NCBI GenBank assembly: GCA_963555755.3 | Contig: OY820905.2 | Span: forward strand, 1,184,001-1,248,000 | Reading direction: 5' to 3' | DNA: 64,000 nt | Origin: Nitrospirales bacterium | GTDB lineage: Bacteria; Nitrospirota; Nitrospiria; Nitrospirales; UBA8639 | Shown here: positions 12,488 through 22,917 of the stretch, one piece after another | Numbering within the stretch: the first letter of the stretch is position 1 | Layout of the letters: each line of letters opens with the position of its first letter | Made by a program: the position numbers and the translations under genes | Notes under the pieces: generated by a model | Databases searched by the model: none | What the model was told of the DNA's origin: nothing | What the model saw: the letters and a program-made list of their open reading frames with translations, nothing else

Positions 12488-12544
12488 GATTCACCCTCCT
12501 TGGTCAGGGTTTACTGAAGTGCCTTTCCCCCATCAATCAAAAAC

Positions 12545-12582
12545 AAAAGCCCCTGAGTGGTGTCACACCCGAGGGGCTCTTT
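12545..12582. terminator. Possible intrinsic terminator downstream of the S8 peptidase
   Basis: aaaagcccct...aggggctcttt GC stem with flanking A/T runs. Confidence 0.45.
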
Positions 12583-12748
12583 GGCTTGCCACAATAAATT
12601 GAGAAACGAAAGAGACAACTACCCCATGACTATCTCCTTAACAAAACAAGGTATGGCAAAATTTTTTTGATGTACTGACGGTATCATACGCTTCCAGGGA
12701 AAGGGTGCAAGTAAAAAATGAAAAGGAAACAAGAATACGATTGAGCCG

Positions 12749-14158
12749 CTACCCCACATCGATACTGCCGCGGGCTTCTTTCGTGTGGTTGTCATCTTTC
12801 ACAATGACGCGAACGGTCCATTTTCCAATATCAGTAAACTCCGAGACGGGAAATTTTCCCACGACTCCATTGATAACGGCATCGTCCTCAGCATACACGG
12901 TCTTCCAATCGGCAGGATTTTCTCCTTGACCTAATTGAATTTCAATTTCTTCTAAGTCACTACCCGCCGCGGTTCCAATGACATGAATAAACAATTCGCC
13001 ATCATCTTCAACCGCTATCACTTCATCCACCCGTGCGGTCAAAAAGTAATCGGGATCGGCTTTCAACGCCTTAAAAGCATTCAACCGTCCGGCTCCAAAG
13101 TAATGATCCCAACCAGGCAGCCCAATATCATCAGCAGACTCCAAGAGCATGCGTTCGACTTGCTCATTCGTTAGGTCAGGATTTTTGGCCCACAGGAGAG
13201 AAGCCACGGCTGACACCATTGGCGCAGAGAATGAAGTCCCCGACGCTCGCATGAATTGAGATTCAGGCCCGACGAAGGCTTCCCCAGCTTTATAGGCCTT
13301 AGCTCCGGACAACAGCATGAAATCGGTACGCCGCGCACGAAGCGAGAGAATATCTACGCCTGGCGCCACAAGTTTAATGTGTCGCCCCCAATTGGAAAAC
13401 GCCACCCGTTCATCATGAAGATCAATGGCACCTACAGCCAACACATGATCCATGCTTACCGGAGCTTTATCCGTGGTATCACTTCCAGCATTACCCGCCG
13501 CCACAACGACCAACGCTCCGTTGGCATAGGCATAATCCACCGCATGTTGTGCCGCCTGGGTTAACTCCTCCGCTTCCATGCTGAGATTAATGACACGCGC
13601 CCCATGATTCACGGCATACACAATGGCGCGAGCCGCATTAAACACTCGTCCACGTCCAAAGACAGTCATAATTTTGAGGGGCATGATCTTTACCCCCCAA
13701 TTGATCCCTGCCATGCCGTGGCTGTTATTCGTGTTGGCCGCAATGAGCCCGGCCACAAAGGTACCGTGGCCATCATCGTCCCACGGGTTATTCGTGTTCT
13801 CAACGAAGTTCCAGCCAATGAGGTCATTCACCACCCCATTCGGATCTTCCTTCGGTTTGAACGGTTTGGGGTTTTGCCACACAGAACTTTTCTTGAGATC
13901 CGGATGAAAATAATCCAACCCACTATCCAGCACCGCGACGATCACTGATTGACTTTCCCCGGTTTCTAGATCCCATGCTGAATTCCCAGATCCCTTTGGA
14001 GAAAACCCAATCTTGCTGAGTGCCCATTGATCCATATGGTTTTGATCCCACGCACCCGATGACGAATAATAGGGATCGTTTTGGGCAAAACCCTGCACAG
14101 GGATCAAACAACCCAGGGGCATCCACACGACGGCCAGGATGATGTGAAGCCACCTCAT
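12749..14158 (-). CDS. Secreted subtilase (S8 serine peptidase) with C-terminal beta-rich domain
   Basis: Signal peptide; catalytic triad VAVLDSG, HGTFVAG, GTSFSAP; oxyanion AAGN. Confidence 0.93.
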   Translation of the reverse strand: MRWLHIILAVVWMPLGCLIPVQGFAQNDPYYSSSGAWDQNHMDQWALSKIGFSPKGSGNSAWDLETGESQSVIVAVLDSGLDYFHPDLKKSSVWQNPKPFKPKEDPNGVVNDLIGWNFVENTNNPWDDDGHGTFVAGLIAANTNNSHGMAGINWGVKIMPLKIMTVFGRGRVFNAARAIVYAVNHGARVINLSMEAEELTQAAQHAVDYAYANGALVVVAAGNAGSDTTDKAPVSMDHVLAVGAIDLHDERVAFSNWGRHIKLVAPGVDILSLRARRTDFMLLSGAKAYKAGEAFVGPESQFMRASGTSFSAPMVSAVASLLWAKNPDLTNEQVERMLLESADDIGLPGWDHYFGAGRLNAFKALKADPDYFLTARVDEVIAVEDDGELFIHVIGTAAGSDLEEIEIQLGQGENPADWKTVYAEDDAVINGVVGKFPVSEFTDIGKWTVRVIVKDDNHTKEARGSIDVG

Positions 14159-15675
14159 CGTCCCACCTCAATCTTCAATGACGGAATAGCCTCGCCTCTG
14201 GCTTGAGGCCACTCCTTCGGATCCAACCCAGGAGCCGGCGCGATATTTATCCCGGCATTAGGCCCAATCCCACTAATTTTGCCGGGATCGAACCGCAGCA
14301 AATCCGTTCGAATTTTGGGAGCTACTTGAAGGTCACCTTGCACGTGGCTCCCATAGTTTAGAGTGTTCCAATTCACCATAATTCCTGATTCTTCGGTAAA
14401 TCGTTCCCCATAGAGCCAGGTATTGGCATTGGAATTGAAATACACAATTTTACTTTCATTATTATTGATCACGGGATTCACAGTCACTTCCTGCCTGCCA
14501 ATAAAGGAGATCCATGGAATGTCCACAATGGTCGAATCAAATCTCCCGCCAACCGCAAACTTGTACTTCCATCGACTCAGATAATCTTCGATGTACGCGT
14601 TATCCACATCCTCAATATTACCCTGCCCTCTCATCGCCCAATCATAGGTTAAGCCGATGGAAAACTGTTTATCGAGCGCATATCGAGCGCCAATTTCAAA
14701 TTTGATGGTGTTGTCTCGAACAGGGGCCATGGGTTGAGGCATCATATCGTTGCCACTGAACGGAACCAGGCCATCGAAACCCAAGAAAAACTCTGGAGTT
14801 TCATATGGAGCCAACGTGACTCCAGAAACAAAAGAAAACGAAGAATCATTGGCAGAGAATTTTTGATCGGACGCATATCGAATGTCACCCTGGATAGAAT
14901 AATTTGATCCCATCCCAACCTTTTGCCCACTTTGCTGGTTTTGAGTATTTTCAGGAGTTGTTGTGGTGCTGCCTTGTTGTGATGATGAACCACTACCTGG
15001 TCCCTGCTGATTTTTCCTTAATTCCTCTATCAACGCGGCCTTAAATTGCTCCATCCACTCCTCGGATAATCGCAAATATCCACGCTCTTCATCTGTCGTC
15101 TTCGTCTCTTGAAGCAATGTCGCAATTGATTGGTTAAAAGCCGTCACCCAGTTCTGATACCGATCCAGCGTATCCGGAGGATGTCGCCGGGCCTGATCCG
15201 TAGCATGAAGCAACTCATGCACCAATATGTCCCACATGGATTGAGTCACACCCAAGAAGGTGAAGTTGGTGTACCATCGGCCGGTTCTCAGTCGATCACA
15301 ATCAATGACGATATACGTCGTGCCACCGCGTGTAGGAGTTCCATCGGCATTAAACGCACCCACTGTTTCACCCCATACTGGAATAAATGACATCTCCGGT
15401 TTTTCAATCTTTAACTCTTTGGCTTTGTCCGAACCGTAACAAATAATCTTAATCGTCTGACCGCTATTGTAGAGCGCGAGCGCCGCAGGATTGGTTCGGC
15501 CCATATTGCTTAACCCTTCATTCACCATGCGCGCTATTTCATCCTCACCAGTCGGCGCACCAAGCGCGAGTGAGACATCGACAGAAAATTCGACGGTGAC
15601 TTCAGCCAACACAGGATTTGGGAGAAAACAAAAAAAGGAAAGAACAACGAGAAGACCGAAGAGTTGCCTCATCAT
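14155..15675 (-). CDS. Secreted hypothetical protein with HExxH motif and beta-strand-rich C-terminal half
   Basis: Signal peptide (..VLA-E), LVHELLHA, S/Q/T linker, amphipathic strands FEIGARYAL..FSIGLTYDW; ATGA overlap with the S8 gene. Confidence 0.7.
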   Translation of the reverse strand: MMRQLFGLLVVLSFFCFLPNPVLAEVTVEFSVDVSLALGAPTGEDEIARMVNEGLSNMGRTNPAALALYNSGQTIKIICYGSDKAKELKIEKPEMSFIPVWGETVGAFNADGTPTRGGTTYIVIDCDRLRTGRWYTNFTFLGVTQSMWDILVHELLHATDQARRHPPDTLDRYQNWVTAFNQSIATLLQETKTTDEERGYLRLSEEWMEQFKAALIEELRKNQQGPGSGSSSQQGSTTTTPENTQNQQSGQKVGMGSNYSIQGDIRYASDQKFSANDSSFSFVSGVTLAPYETPEFFLGFDGLVPFSGNDMMPQPMAPVRDNTIKFEIGARYALDKQFSIGLTYDWAMRGQGNIEDVDNAYIEDYLSRWKYKFAVGGRFDSTIVDIPWISFIGRQEVTVNPVINNNESKIVYFNSNANTWLYGERFTEESGIMVNWNTLNYGSHVQGDLQVAPKIRTDLLRFDPGKISGIGPNAGINIAPAPGLDPKEWPQARGEAIPSLKIEVGR

Positions 15676-15761
15676 GCGACGCTCTCTTGGAATAAGAGTG
15701 AGATTGTATCACCTTACGCAGAAAGGAGGAAATTTAAAATTCTCTAGGATAGAACTAAGAA

Positions 15762-15932
15762 CTATGGAAGAGGAATGGCCGAGGAGGTGGCCACAGAAAC
15801 AAGCGGCCCCGGATAAATACCGAGGAACACGACTCCAGCCACCGCGCAGGCAAGTACGACAGTGGCGGTTGGGGAAAGCGCGAGGCGGGTTTCCAGTTCT
15901 TGGTCAGAGGAAGGCTCACGCATATACATAAC
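15762..15932 (-). pseudogene. Duplicated 3' end of nuoN (56 codons plus stop)
   Basis: Aligns ungapped to 16796-16966; identical peptide VMYMREPSSD...SSAIPLP*, 20 third-position differences. Confidence 0.93.
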
Positions 15933-15976
15933 ATCCCAGGAATTTTCATGGATACATTTTAAAAGTCCGCTCTTCC

Positions 15977-16327
15977 TTATCGAGTATTTTCGGATTCTAG
16001 GATTTTCAATAACTGCTCAATCAAAGGTGGAAGATCATCTGTCAACGTATCCCAAACACGGTCCAAATCAATATCGAAATAGGCGTGAATGAGGCGGTGC
16101 CGCATGGTGATGATTTCTCCCCACGGAATTGCTGGATATTGATCACAAGTCACACTCGTCACTTTGGTTGCGGCTTCTCCCACAATTTCTATGCACTTGA
16201 CCAAGGACAAGGTCAATTTCCTATCGTTTTCTAGGTCAGAGCGGGTTTTATCATTGGCAAAGGAAATTGCTTCCTTTGCTGCATCAAGCATGTGACGCAA
16301 CCGAATGTCATCTTCCTTCTTGGACAT
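15977..16327 (-). CDS. HepT-like HEPN ribonuclease toxin (DUF86)
   Basis: IEIVGEAA...IPW..I..MRHRLIHAYF (Rx4H HEPN motif). Confidence 0.92.
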   Translation of the reverse strand: MSKKEDDIRLRHMLDAAKEAISFANDKTRSDLENDRKLTLSLVKCIEIVGEAATKVTSVTCDQYPAIPWGEIITMRHRLIHAYFDIDLDRVWDTLTDDLPPLIEQLLKILESENTR

Positions 16328-16619
16328 ATTCCACCTTGGCAGTCCGCAAGACATCATCACGAAAATACCGACTTAATTCAGCAGGCGTTCTCAGATCAAC
16401 TTTTCTCCCGATTAAAGCTGACAATTCTTGTTCCATCCCAGCCAGACGGATAAATCCCACACGAGTACCAGGAACAAACTCAACTAAGATATCCACATCA
16501 CTGTCCGGGCCAAAATCGTCTCTCAACACAGAACCAAAAAATGATAGTTTCTGGATGCTGTGTTTTTTGCAAAAATCTTTGATCTGATCCGATGCAACAT
16601 GTATGTGACATTGAGCCAT
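16308..16619 (-). CDS. Minimal nucleotidyltransferase (MNT) antitoxin
   Basis: FFGSVLRDDFGPDSDVDILV (GSx10DxD), GRKVDL; overlaps the HepT start. Confidence 0.92.
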   Translation of the reverse strand: MAQCHIHVASDQIKDFCKKHSIQKLSFFGSVLRDDFGPDSDVDILVEFVPGTRVGFIRLAGMEQELSALIGRKVDLRTPAELSRYFRDDVLRTAKVEYVQEGR

Positions 16620-16795
16620 ACAACACCTCAAAGGGCAGGGACATTACCAAACGCGAACACTCCATGTTCGCGTCTAGGAAAATTCAAATCACCGAGCAGT
16701 ATACCTAACATTGACAAGCCAGTTTAACAGAAATTCCCAGAAGGTGTTCGGAATTACAAAATGGACAAGCTTTTCAGATAAATTTTTGCTTGGGA

Positions 16796-18277
16796 CTATG
16801 GAAGAGGAATAGCCGAGGACGTGGCCACAGAAACAAGGGGGCCCGGGTAGATACCAAGAAACACGACTCCAGCGACGGCGCAAGCGAGGACGACCGTGGC
16901 GGTTGGAGAAAGCGCGAGGCGGGTTTCGAGTTCTTGGTCAGAGGAGGGCTCGCGCATGTACATGACCATGACGACGCGAAGATAGTAAAACGCGGAGACC
17001 GCGGCGAAGATCAAACCCAACACAGCCAGCCAGGTCAGGCCGGCATCTACTGCGGCCATTAAAAGATAAAATTTCCCAATGAATCCTGCCGTGGGTGGGA
17101 TGCCCGCGAGCGATATCATAAACAGCATCATGAGAAAGGCGGCCCCTTGGTGGCGTTTGGCCAAACCGGTGAAGTCATCTAACTCCTCACCTTCTAATCC
17201 ACCTCGACGTAAGATGGCGACAATGGTAAACGCACCCATGGTCATAAACGAATAAATCGCCAGGTACAGCATGAGGCTGGAAACTCCGCGAGAGGCGACG
17301 CCGGCTTCTGTGCCCATCCACCCAGTGACCACCACGCCAATCAAGGCATAGCCTGCATGGGCGATGCTCGAATATGCCAACATCCGTTTGATGTTGGTCT
17401 GCACAATCGCCACGAGATTCCCCAGGATAAGCGTCAGGACACACATGCCTAAAATGAGTCCACTCCAATTGGGTTTGACTCCACCAAAACCTTCGAGCAA
17501 CACACGAAGAAACGCAGCAAAGCTTGCGGCTTTTGACGCCACCGCCATAAACACAGTGACTGTGGTGGGGGCACCTTGATACACATCTGGCGTCCACATA
17601 TGGAACGGCACGGCTGCGACTTTAAATCCAAAACCGACGATCAAAAGCATCATCGAAATCATGACCAGGGGATCATTCAAGCCTCGGGCAGTCACCGCCG
17701 TGGAAATTTCGGCTAAATTGGTACTCCCGGCCACCCCGAAAAGCAACGAAATGCCGTACAACAAGATTCCTGACGAAAATGCCCCCAAGATAAAATACTT
17801 GGCCGATGCTTCAATGGATTTCGCCTCAAACCGTTTGAAGCCAGCCATGATATACAATGAAATCGACATCAGCTCGATTCCTAGATAGATGACCAACAGG
17901 TCAGTACCGGAGACCATGATCATCATGCCCGTGAGGGACAGCATGATAAATCCATAGAATTCTGCAAGCTCGATCTTCTCGTCTTTGAGGTACCCGATTG
18001 ACAGGAGAATGGTCAGCCCACTGACAAGGTACAACAGCAATTTCCAAAACGAAGCATAGGAATCCACCACGACCATATTGCCAAACGCAAACGTTTGCTG
18101 GCCCATTCCGGCAGCGGTCACAAAAAAGCACACCACTAGCGTACCAAAACACATCCAAGCCAGAAAATCTTTTTTGGAGGCAGGCGTAATTGGATCCAAA
18201 ACTAACAGGACGCAGGCTGTGAACACCACGAGCAACTCAGGCAGGATGGTAACAAGATCGGCTAAAGGAATACTCAT
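16796..18277 (-). CDS. nuoN: NADH-quinone oxidoreductase subunit N
   Basis: EASAKYFILGAFSS, FKVAAVPFHMWTPDVYQGAPT, KRMLAYSSIAH; start set at ATG 18277, overlapping the nuoM stop. Confidence 0.96.
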   Translation of the reverse strand: MSIPLADLVTILPELLVVFTACVLLVLDPITPASKKDFLAWMCFGTLVVCFFVTAAGMGQQTFAFGNMVVVDSYASFWKLLLYLVSGLTILLSIGYLKDEKIELAEFYGFIMLSLTGMMIMVSGTDLLVIYLGIELMSISLYIMAGFKRFEAKSIEASAKYFILGAFSSGILLYGISLLFGVAGSTNLAEISTAVTARGLNDPLVMISMMLLIVGFGFKVAAVPFHMWTPDVYQGAPTTVTVFMAVASKAASFAAFLRVLLEGFGGVKPNWSGLILGMCVLTLILGNLVAIVQTNIKRMLAYSSIAHAGYALIGVVVTGWMGTEAGVASRGVSSLMLYLAIYSFMTMGAFTIVAILRRGGLEGEELDDFTGLAKRHQGAAFLMMLFMISLAGIPPTAGFIGKFYLLMAAVDAGLTWLAVLGLIFAAVSAFYYLRVVMVMYMREPSSDQELETRLALSPTATVVLACAVAGVVFLGIYPGPLVSVATSSAIPLP

Positions 18278-19845
18278 CGAGCCAACGCCTCCCGACCTAA
18301 GGCGAAGGAGGAAGAATCCGTGAGCACATAACTTTCCAAGATGTTTTGTCCAGGATTTTCCACGGTCATCACTCGCACTTCTTGTTGGATCAGGTTTTCC
18401 ACGCTCGCATGCATCACATCTAACAGTGGCTTCGGATACAGCCCAATCCAAAATATAAACCCAACGAGCGGAAGCAACAGGCCTATTTCACGCGGATTCA
18501 TATCATAGAGTTTGGACAGCATGTGTTGAGCCGGGACACCATAGACTACGCGCTGAAGCATCCAAAGGATGTACGCCGCCGCCAGGATCACGCCAAGAGC
18601 GGCTAACGTGGCGGCAAGCTTACTCCACATAAACGTTCCAATCAGCACAAGAAATTCACCCACAAAACTGTTCATCCCTGGCAGACCAACCGACGAGAGC
18701 GCAAAGATCACTAAGAAGGTCGCGTAGCAGGGCATCGGCTTGGCAAGGCCGGAGTTATCGGAAATTTCCCGGCTATGTGTTCGTTCATAAATAATTCCCA
18801 CGCACAAAAACAGCCCGCCGGTGGTGATGCCGTGATTGACCATCTGCAAGATCGCGCCTTCAATCCCTTGCGCATTCAGCGCAAAAATCCCGAGCGTGAC
18901 AAACCCCATATGACTGACACTGGAATACGCAATGAGCTTCTTGAGGTCAGACTGCGCAAAAGCCATGTACGCGCCATAGATGATTGCGATAACAGACAAC
19001 GTCATAATGATTGGAGTGAAGGTGAGCGTGGCATCAGGTAGCATGGGCAAGGTAAACCGTAGAAATCCGTACGTTCCCATCTTGAGCAACACACTCGCGA
19101 GAATGACACTGCCAGCAGTCGGCGCTTCCACATGCGCATCAGGCAGCCATGTGTGAAATGGAAACATCGGAACCTTGACCGCAAACGCTACAAAAAATGC
19201 CCAAAACAACCACGCTTGGAGCGTAGGCGAATACGCCGCTTGGCTTAATGTGAGAATATCGAAAGTATCTTCACCTGAATTGAAGAAGATGACAATGATG
19301 GCTACTAGGAGCAACACGCTCCCCGCCAACGTATAGAGGAAAAACTTGATCGCCGCATAGACACGATTCTCCCCACCCCACACGCCAATGAGCAGATACA
19401 TGGGAATGAGCATGGTTTCCCAGAAGATGTAAAACAGCACAAAGTCAAGCGCCACAAACACTCCGAGGGTGGCGGTTTCCATCACCAGCAAACTAATCAT
19501 GAATTCGCGAATCCGCGTATTGATCGAAGTCCAGGACACGAGAACGCACAGTGGAGTCAAAAAGGTGGTGAGCAGAACAAGCGGCAAACTAATACCATCC
19601 ACCCCAACCGCATAGTTGATGGATGGAGAGGCAATCCAATGATGTTTCTCAACAAATTGCATGGCGGATGTTGCTTCATTAAACATGCCCCACAGGGGAA
19701 GGGACACGAGCAGGACCACTGACGAAGCGGCAAAGCCAATCCATTTGGCCATTTCTTCTTTGGCCAACAAAATAGCCACCACTCCCAAAATCGGGAGAAA
19801 GACGACTAAGGTGATCCAGGGAAATCCGCCGGAGGAAACAGTCAT
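18274..19845 (-). CDS. nuoM: NADH-quinone oxidoreductase subunit M
   Basis: GVDGISL, FWE..LIPMY, KVPMFPFHTWLPDAHVEAPT, LKMGTYG. Confidence 0.96.
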   Translation of the reverse strand: MTVSSGGFPWITLVVFLPILGVVAILLAKEEMAKWIGFAASSVVLLVSLPLWGMFNEATSAMQFVEKHHWIASPSINYAVGVDGISLPLVLLTTFLTPLCVLVSWTSINTRIREFMISLLVMETATLGVFVALDFVLFYIFWETMLIPMYLLIGVWGGENRVYAAIKFFLYTLAGSVLLLVAIIVIFFNSGEDTFDILTLSQAAYSPTLQAWLFWAFFVAFAVKVPMFPFHTWLPDAHVEAPTAGSVILASVLLKMGTYGFLRFTLPMLPDATLTFTPIIMTLSVIAIIYGAYMAFAQSDLKKLIAYSSVSHMGFVTLGIFALNAQGIEGAILQMVNHGITTGGLFLCVGIIYERTHSREISDNSGLAKPMPCYATFLVIFALSSVGLPGMNSFVGEFLVLIGTFMWSKLAATLAALGVILAAAYILWMLQRVVYGVPAQHMLSKLYDMNPREIGLLLPLVGFIFWIGLYPKPLLDVMHASVENLIQQEVRVMTVENPGQNILESYVLTDSSSFALGREALAR

Positions 19846-19872
19846 TTCAGTGATACAACTCCATAACAAAAA

Positions 19873-19908
19873 CCCCTCACCCTACCCTCTCCCCACAGGG
19901 GCGAGGGG
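19873..19908. repeat. CCCCTCACCC REP-like hairpin (nuoL-nuoM spacer)
   Basis: cccctcaccctaccctctccccacaggggcgagggg, same type as 237-272. Confidence 0.65.
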
Positions 19909-19927
19909 AAGACACAACCCTCAGTAC

Positions 19928-21823
19928 CTAAAACACGACATACGCTGTAAGAATAACCACCGCACCTACGGTCATGCTCAAGGCGTAATTTTGGGTTTCA
20001 CCAGTTTGGATGAACCGTGCCACCCATCCCCACCAGGCGAAACCACGGGCGACACCATTGACCGCATTATCAATAATGGCGATATCAAACTTCTTCCACA
20101 TGTAATCCGCCATTTTAAACGTCGGATTCACAATCGCCTTATCATACGCTTCGTCCACATACCACTTGTTAAGAGAAAGGTTGTACAGCATGCTCCATTG
20201 AGTCATCAGGCGATCAGGAATGTCAGGCGACTTCACGTAGAACAAATAGGCCACGCCAATACCAATTAATCCTGCCAGGGTCGCAACAATCATGATGCCC
20301 GTGGCGGCTGGGCCATGATGTCCTGCCCCTTCACTTCCAGGAAACGCATGTTGGAGAAACTCCGGGATCCCAATATACCCCGTGACGATACTCAACACGG
20401 CCAGCACCAACAGGGGGACCGTGACCACTTTTGCGGGTTCACGCACATCATCGGCATGATGCGGATCAACACGAGACTCGCCCCAAAACGTGACAAACAC
20501 CAAACGGAAGCTATAGAACGCCGTCATCCCCGCGGTCAGAACCCCTAACACGGTAAGCGTTTGGCCCAATGCGCCAGCGTTCCAGGCTGACAGGAGCAAT
20601 TCATCCTTACTGAAAAACCCGGCGGTCAGGGGAAACCCTGCTAAGGCCAACGAACCGATGATAAATGTCCAATAGGTGATCGGCAGTTTATCTTTGAGGC
20701 CACCCATGTGACGCATATCCTGTTCATGGTGCACAGCCAGAATCACCGAGCCACAGCCCAAGAACAGCAAGGCCTTAAACGCGCCGTGGGTGAGCAAATG
20801 ATAAATGCCAAAGACATATCCGCCTAACCCACAGGCCATCATCATGTACCCCAGCTGGCTCAATGTGGAATAGGCCACGATCCGCTTAATATCCGTTTGG
20901 GTTATGGCAATCGTCGCGCCGACAATCATGGTTAACCCGCCGACCACGGCCACAACATCCATGGCAACCGGAGACAAGTTGTACAGCGGCGCAAGCCTCG
21001 CCACCATAAATACACCAGCCGTCACCATGGTGGCCGCATGAATAAGCGCGGAAATCGGTGTCGGCCCTTCCATGGCATCCGGCAACCACACATGCAGCGG
21101 AACTTGGGCAGACTTCCCAACCGCGCCGACAAACAACAAGAGACAGATCAACGTCATCGCCGAGACTTCCCAGCCACCTCCCACTGCGCCCAACAAATCA
21201 ACTGTCTCCCCAACATGTGCAGCAGCGTCGGCAAACACTGGCTGGTATTGAAGGGTTCCAAAGGTCACAAACACCAACAAGACTCCGAGCAGGAATCCAA
21301 AGTCGCCAATACGGTTGACGAGGAAGGCCTTCGTGGCTGCCGCGCGTGCGGAGGGCCGCTCATACCAATGCCCAATGAGTAAATACGAGCACAGCCCCAC
21401 GGCTTCCCAAAACACAAACAGCTGGACGAAGTTATCGGACATCACGAGCATGAGCATCGAAAACGTGAAGAGCGCGATGTTCCCAAAAAACCTAGCGTAT
21501 CCTGGATCACCATGCATATAGCCGATCGTGTACACATGAACGAGTCCACTGACGATGGTCACCAGCAGTAACATCGCGGCCGTCAATTGATCCACATACA
21601 AGCCAAGGCGAATGGTCAGTTCACCCGACGTTGCCCACGTATAAAGGGGAATTTCCAAGACGTGGCCATCCACCACCTCTGAACATGCCATAACCGACAG
21701 CACAAAGGAGATCCCTACCGCCGGGACGGCAATAAGATGTGCGCGATCCTTGATGCGATGCCCCAATAGCCCGAGCACGATAAAGGCAAACAGTGGGAGA
21801 AGTGGAATCAGCGCGTAGAGCAT
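19928..21823 (-). CDS. nuoL: NADH-quinone oxidoreductase subunit L
   Basis: WEAVGLCSYLLIG, NRIGD, GKSAQVPLHVWLPDAMEGPTPISALIHAATMV. Confidence 0.97.
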   Translation of the reverse strand: MLYALIPLLPLFAFIVLGLLGHRIKDRAHLIAVPAVGISFVLSVMACSEVVDGHVLEIPLYTWATSGELTIRLGLYVDQLTAAMLLLVTIVSGLVHVYTIGYMHGDPGYARFFGNIALFTFSMLMLVMSDNFVQLFVFWEAVGLCSYLLIGHWYERPSARAAATKAFLVNRIGDFGFLLGVLLVFVTFGTLQYQPVFADAAAHVGETVDLLGAVGGGWEVSAMTLICLLLFVGAVGKSAQVPLHVWLPDAMEGPTPISALIHAATMVTAGVFMVARLAPLYNLSPVAMDVVAVVGGLTMIVGATIAITQTDIKRIVAYSTLSQLGYMMMACGLGGYVFGIYHLLTHGAFKALLFLGCGSVILAVHHEQDMRHMGGLKDKLPITYWTFIIGSLALAGFPLTAGFFSKDELLLSAWNAGALGQTLTVLGVLTAGMTAFYSFRLVFVTFWGESRVDPHHADDVREPAKVVTVPLLVLAVLSIVTGYIGIPEFLQHAFPGSEGAGHHGPAATGIMIVATLAGLIGIGVAYLFYVKSPDIPDRLMTQWSMLYNLSLNKWYVDEAYDKAIVNPTFKMADYMWKKFDIAIIDNAVNGVARGFAWWGWVARFIQTGETQNYALSMTVGAVVILTAYVVF

Positions 21824-21827
21824 CAAC

Positions 21828-22133
21828 CTACCATTTCAACAAGCTGAAATCATCGACATTGATACTCTCATGGTGTCGATACAACGCAATGATAATCGCT
21901 AATCCGACGGCCACTTCAGCGGCAGCCACCGTCAACGCGAAAAAGACAAACACCTGGCCAGCCAGATTGCCCAAATAGGCGGAGAAGGCCACGAAGTTGA
22001 TATTGGTGGCATTGAGCATGAGCTCAATCGACAAGAGGATGACGATGATATTTCGACGGACCAGAACTCCGACAAGGCCGATCAGAAACACCAGCCCGCT
22101 CAAAGCCAAGTAAAATTCAATAGGAACACTCAT
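21828..22133 (-). CDS. nuoK: NADH-quinone oxidoreductase subunit K
   Basis: RRN...SIELMLNA...[11 protein letters not shown]. Confidence 0.96.
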   Translation of the reverse strand: MSVPIEFYLALSGLVFLIGLVGVLVRRNIIVILLSIELMLNATNINFVAFSAYLGNLAGQVFVFFALTVAAAEVAVGLAIIIALYRHHESINVDDFSLLKW

Positions 22134-22654
22134 GATGATTTCGACTCAAAAATATCTTTTTTCGTCAAGATCACGGCGCCGACCATCGCCACCAACAAAA
22201 TCAGCGAGGCGATTTCAAAGGGAAAAAGATATGTGGAATACAAAATCTCACCAATGGACTCCGTATTTCCAACAGACGCCCCCGGCTCGCCTAAAGATGG
22301 TGAGCGTGGAGACGCCACGGTGATGCCCTGGCTGACTCCCAACACCACGGATTCCACCAACAGCACGCCCCCCAAACACAGCGCCACGAAGCTCTGCTTA
22401 TTATATTTTTCCTCACCTTTGATATTGAGCAGCATCACGACAAAGAGGTACAGCACCAAAATAGCGCCGGCATAGACAATGATTTGAATGGCTGCGAGAA
22501 ACTCGGCATGCAGCGTGACATACAAGCCCGCGACATGAAAAAACATGACGAGGAGGGACATTGCACTATAGATGGGATTTCGGAGCGCCACCACTAACGT
22601 CGCCGTCAGTACAATCACTCCGGCAAGGTAGAAAAAGATCAGGGTTCCTAACAA
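22130..22654 (-). CDS. nuoJ: NADH-quinone oxidoreductase subunit J
   Basis: [41 protein letters not shown]. Confidence 0.95.
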   Translation of the reverse strand: MLGTLIFFYLAGVIVLTATLVVALRNPIYSAMSLLVMFFHVAGLYVTLHAEFLAAIQIIVYAGAILVLYLFVVMLLNIKGEEKYNKQSFVALCLGGVLLVESVVLGVSQGITVASPRSPSLGEPGASVGNTESIGEILYSTYLFPFEIASLILLVAMVGAVILTKKDIFESKSS

Positions 22655-22675
22655 ATCGTCCTCTTACCCTACTTA

Positions 22676-22855
22676 GGACCTGAGAGAAAATAACTTGAAC
22701 AATTTCGCATCCAATCTTCGGGCCATCTTTGAACGGGCCTCAATCGAAAAACCCTCAACATAGCTGTGCTATGCCTCGGGTTTTTCTCAATCGTTCCGTC
22801 CAAATCTAACCCAAATCTTGGCGCGAAAGTGTTCAAGTTATTTTCTCTCAGGTCC
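22676..22855. mobile_element. Palindromic element family D, copy 1 (TTA direct repeats)
   Basis: ggacctgagagaaaataacttgaac...gttcaagttattttctctcaggtcc, 180 bp; inverse of 62452-62631. Confidence 0.9.
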
Positions 22856-22917
22856 TTACACATTCAATTCCACTCCAATGCCCGGCGCATTGGGAATGGA
22901 GACCATGAAGGTGTTAA

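Noticed and set aside
18278..18451. N-terminal extension of NuoN in the ORF track (similar extensions for RecO, NuoB, RadC)
   Set aside because: The extensions overlap the upstream gene or repeat DNA; downstream starts give typical lengths
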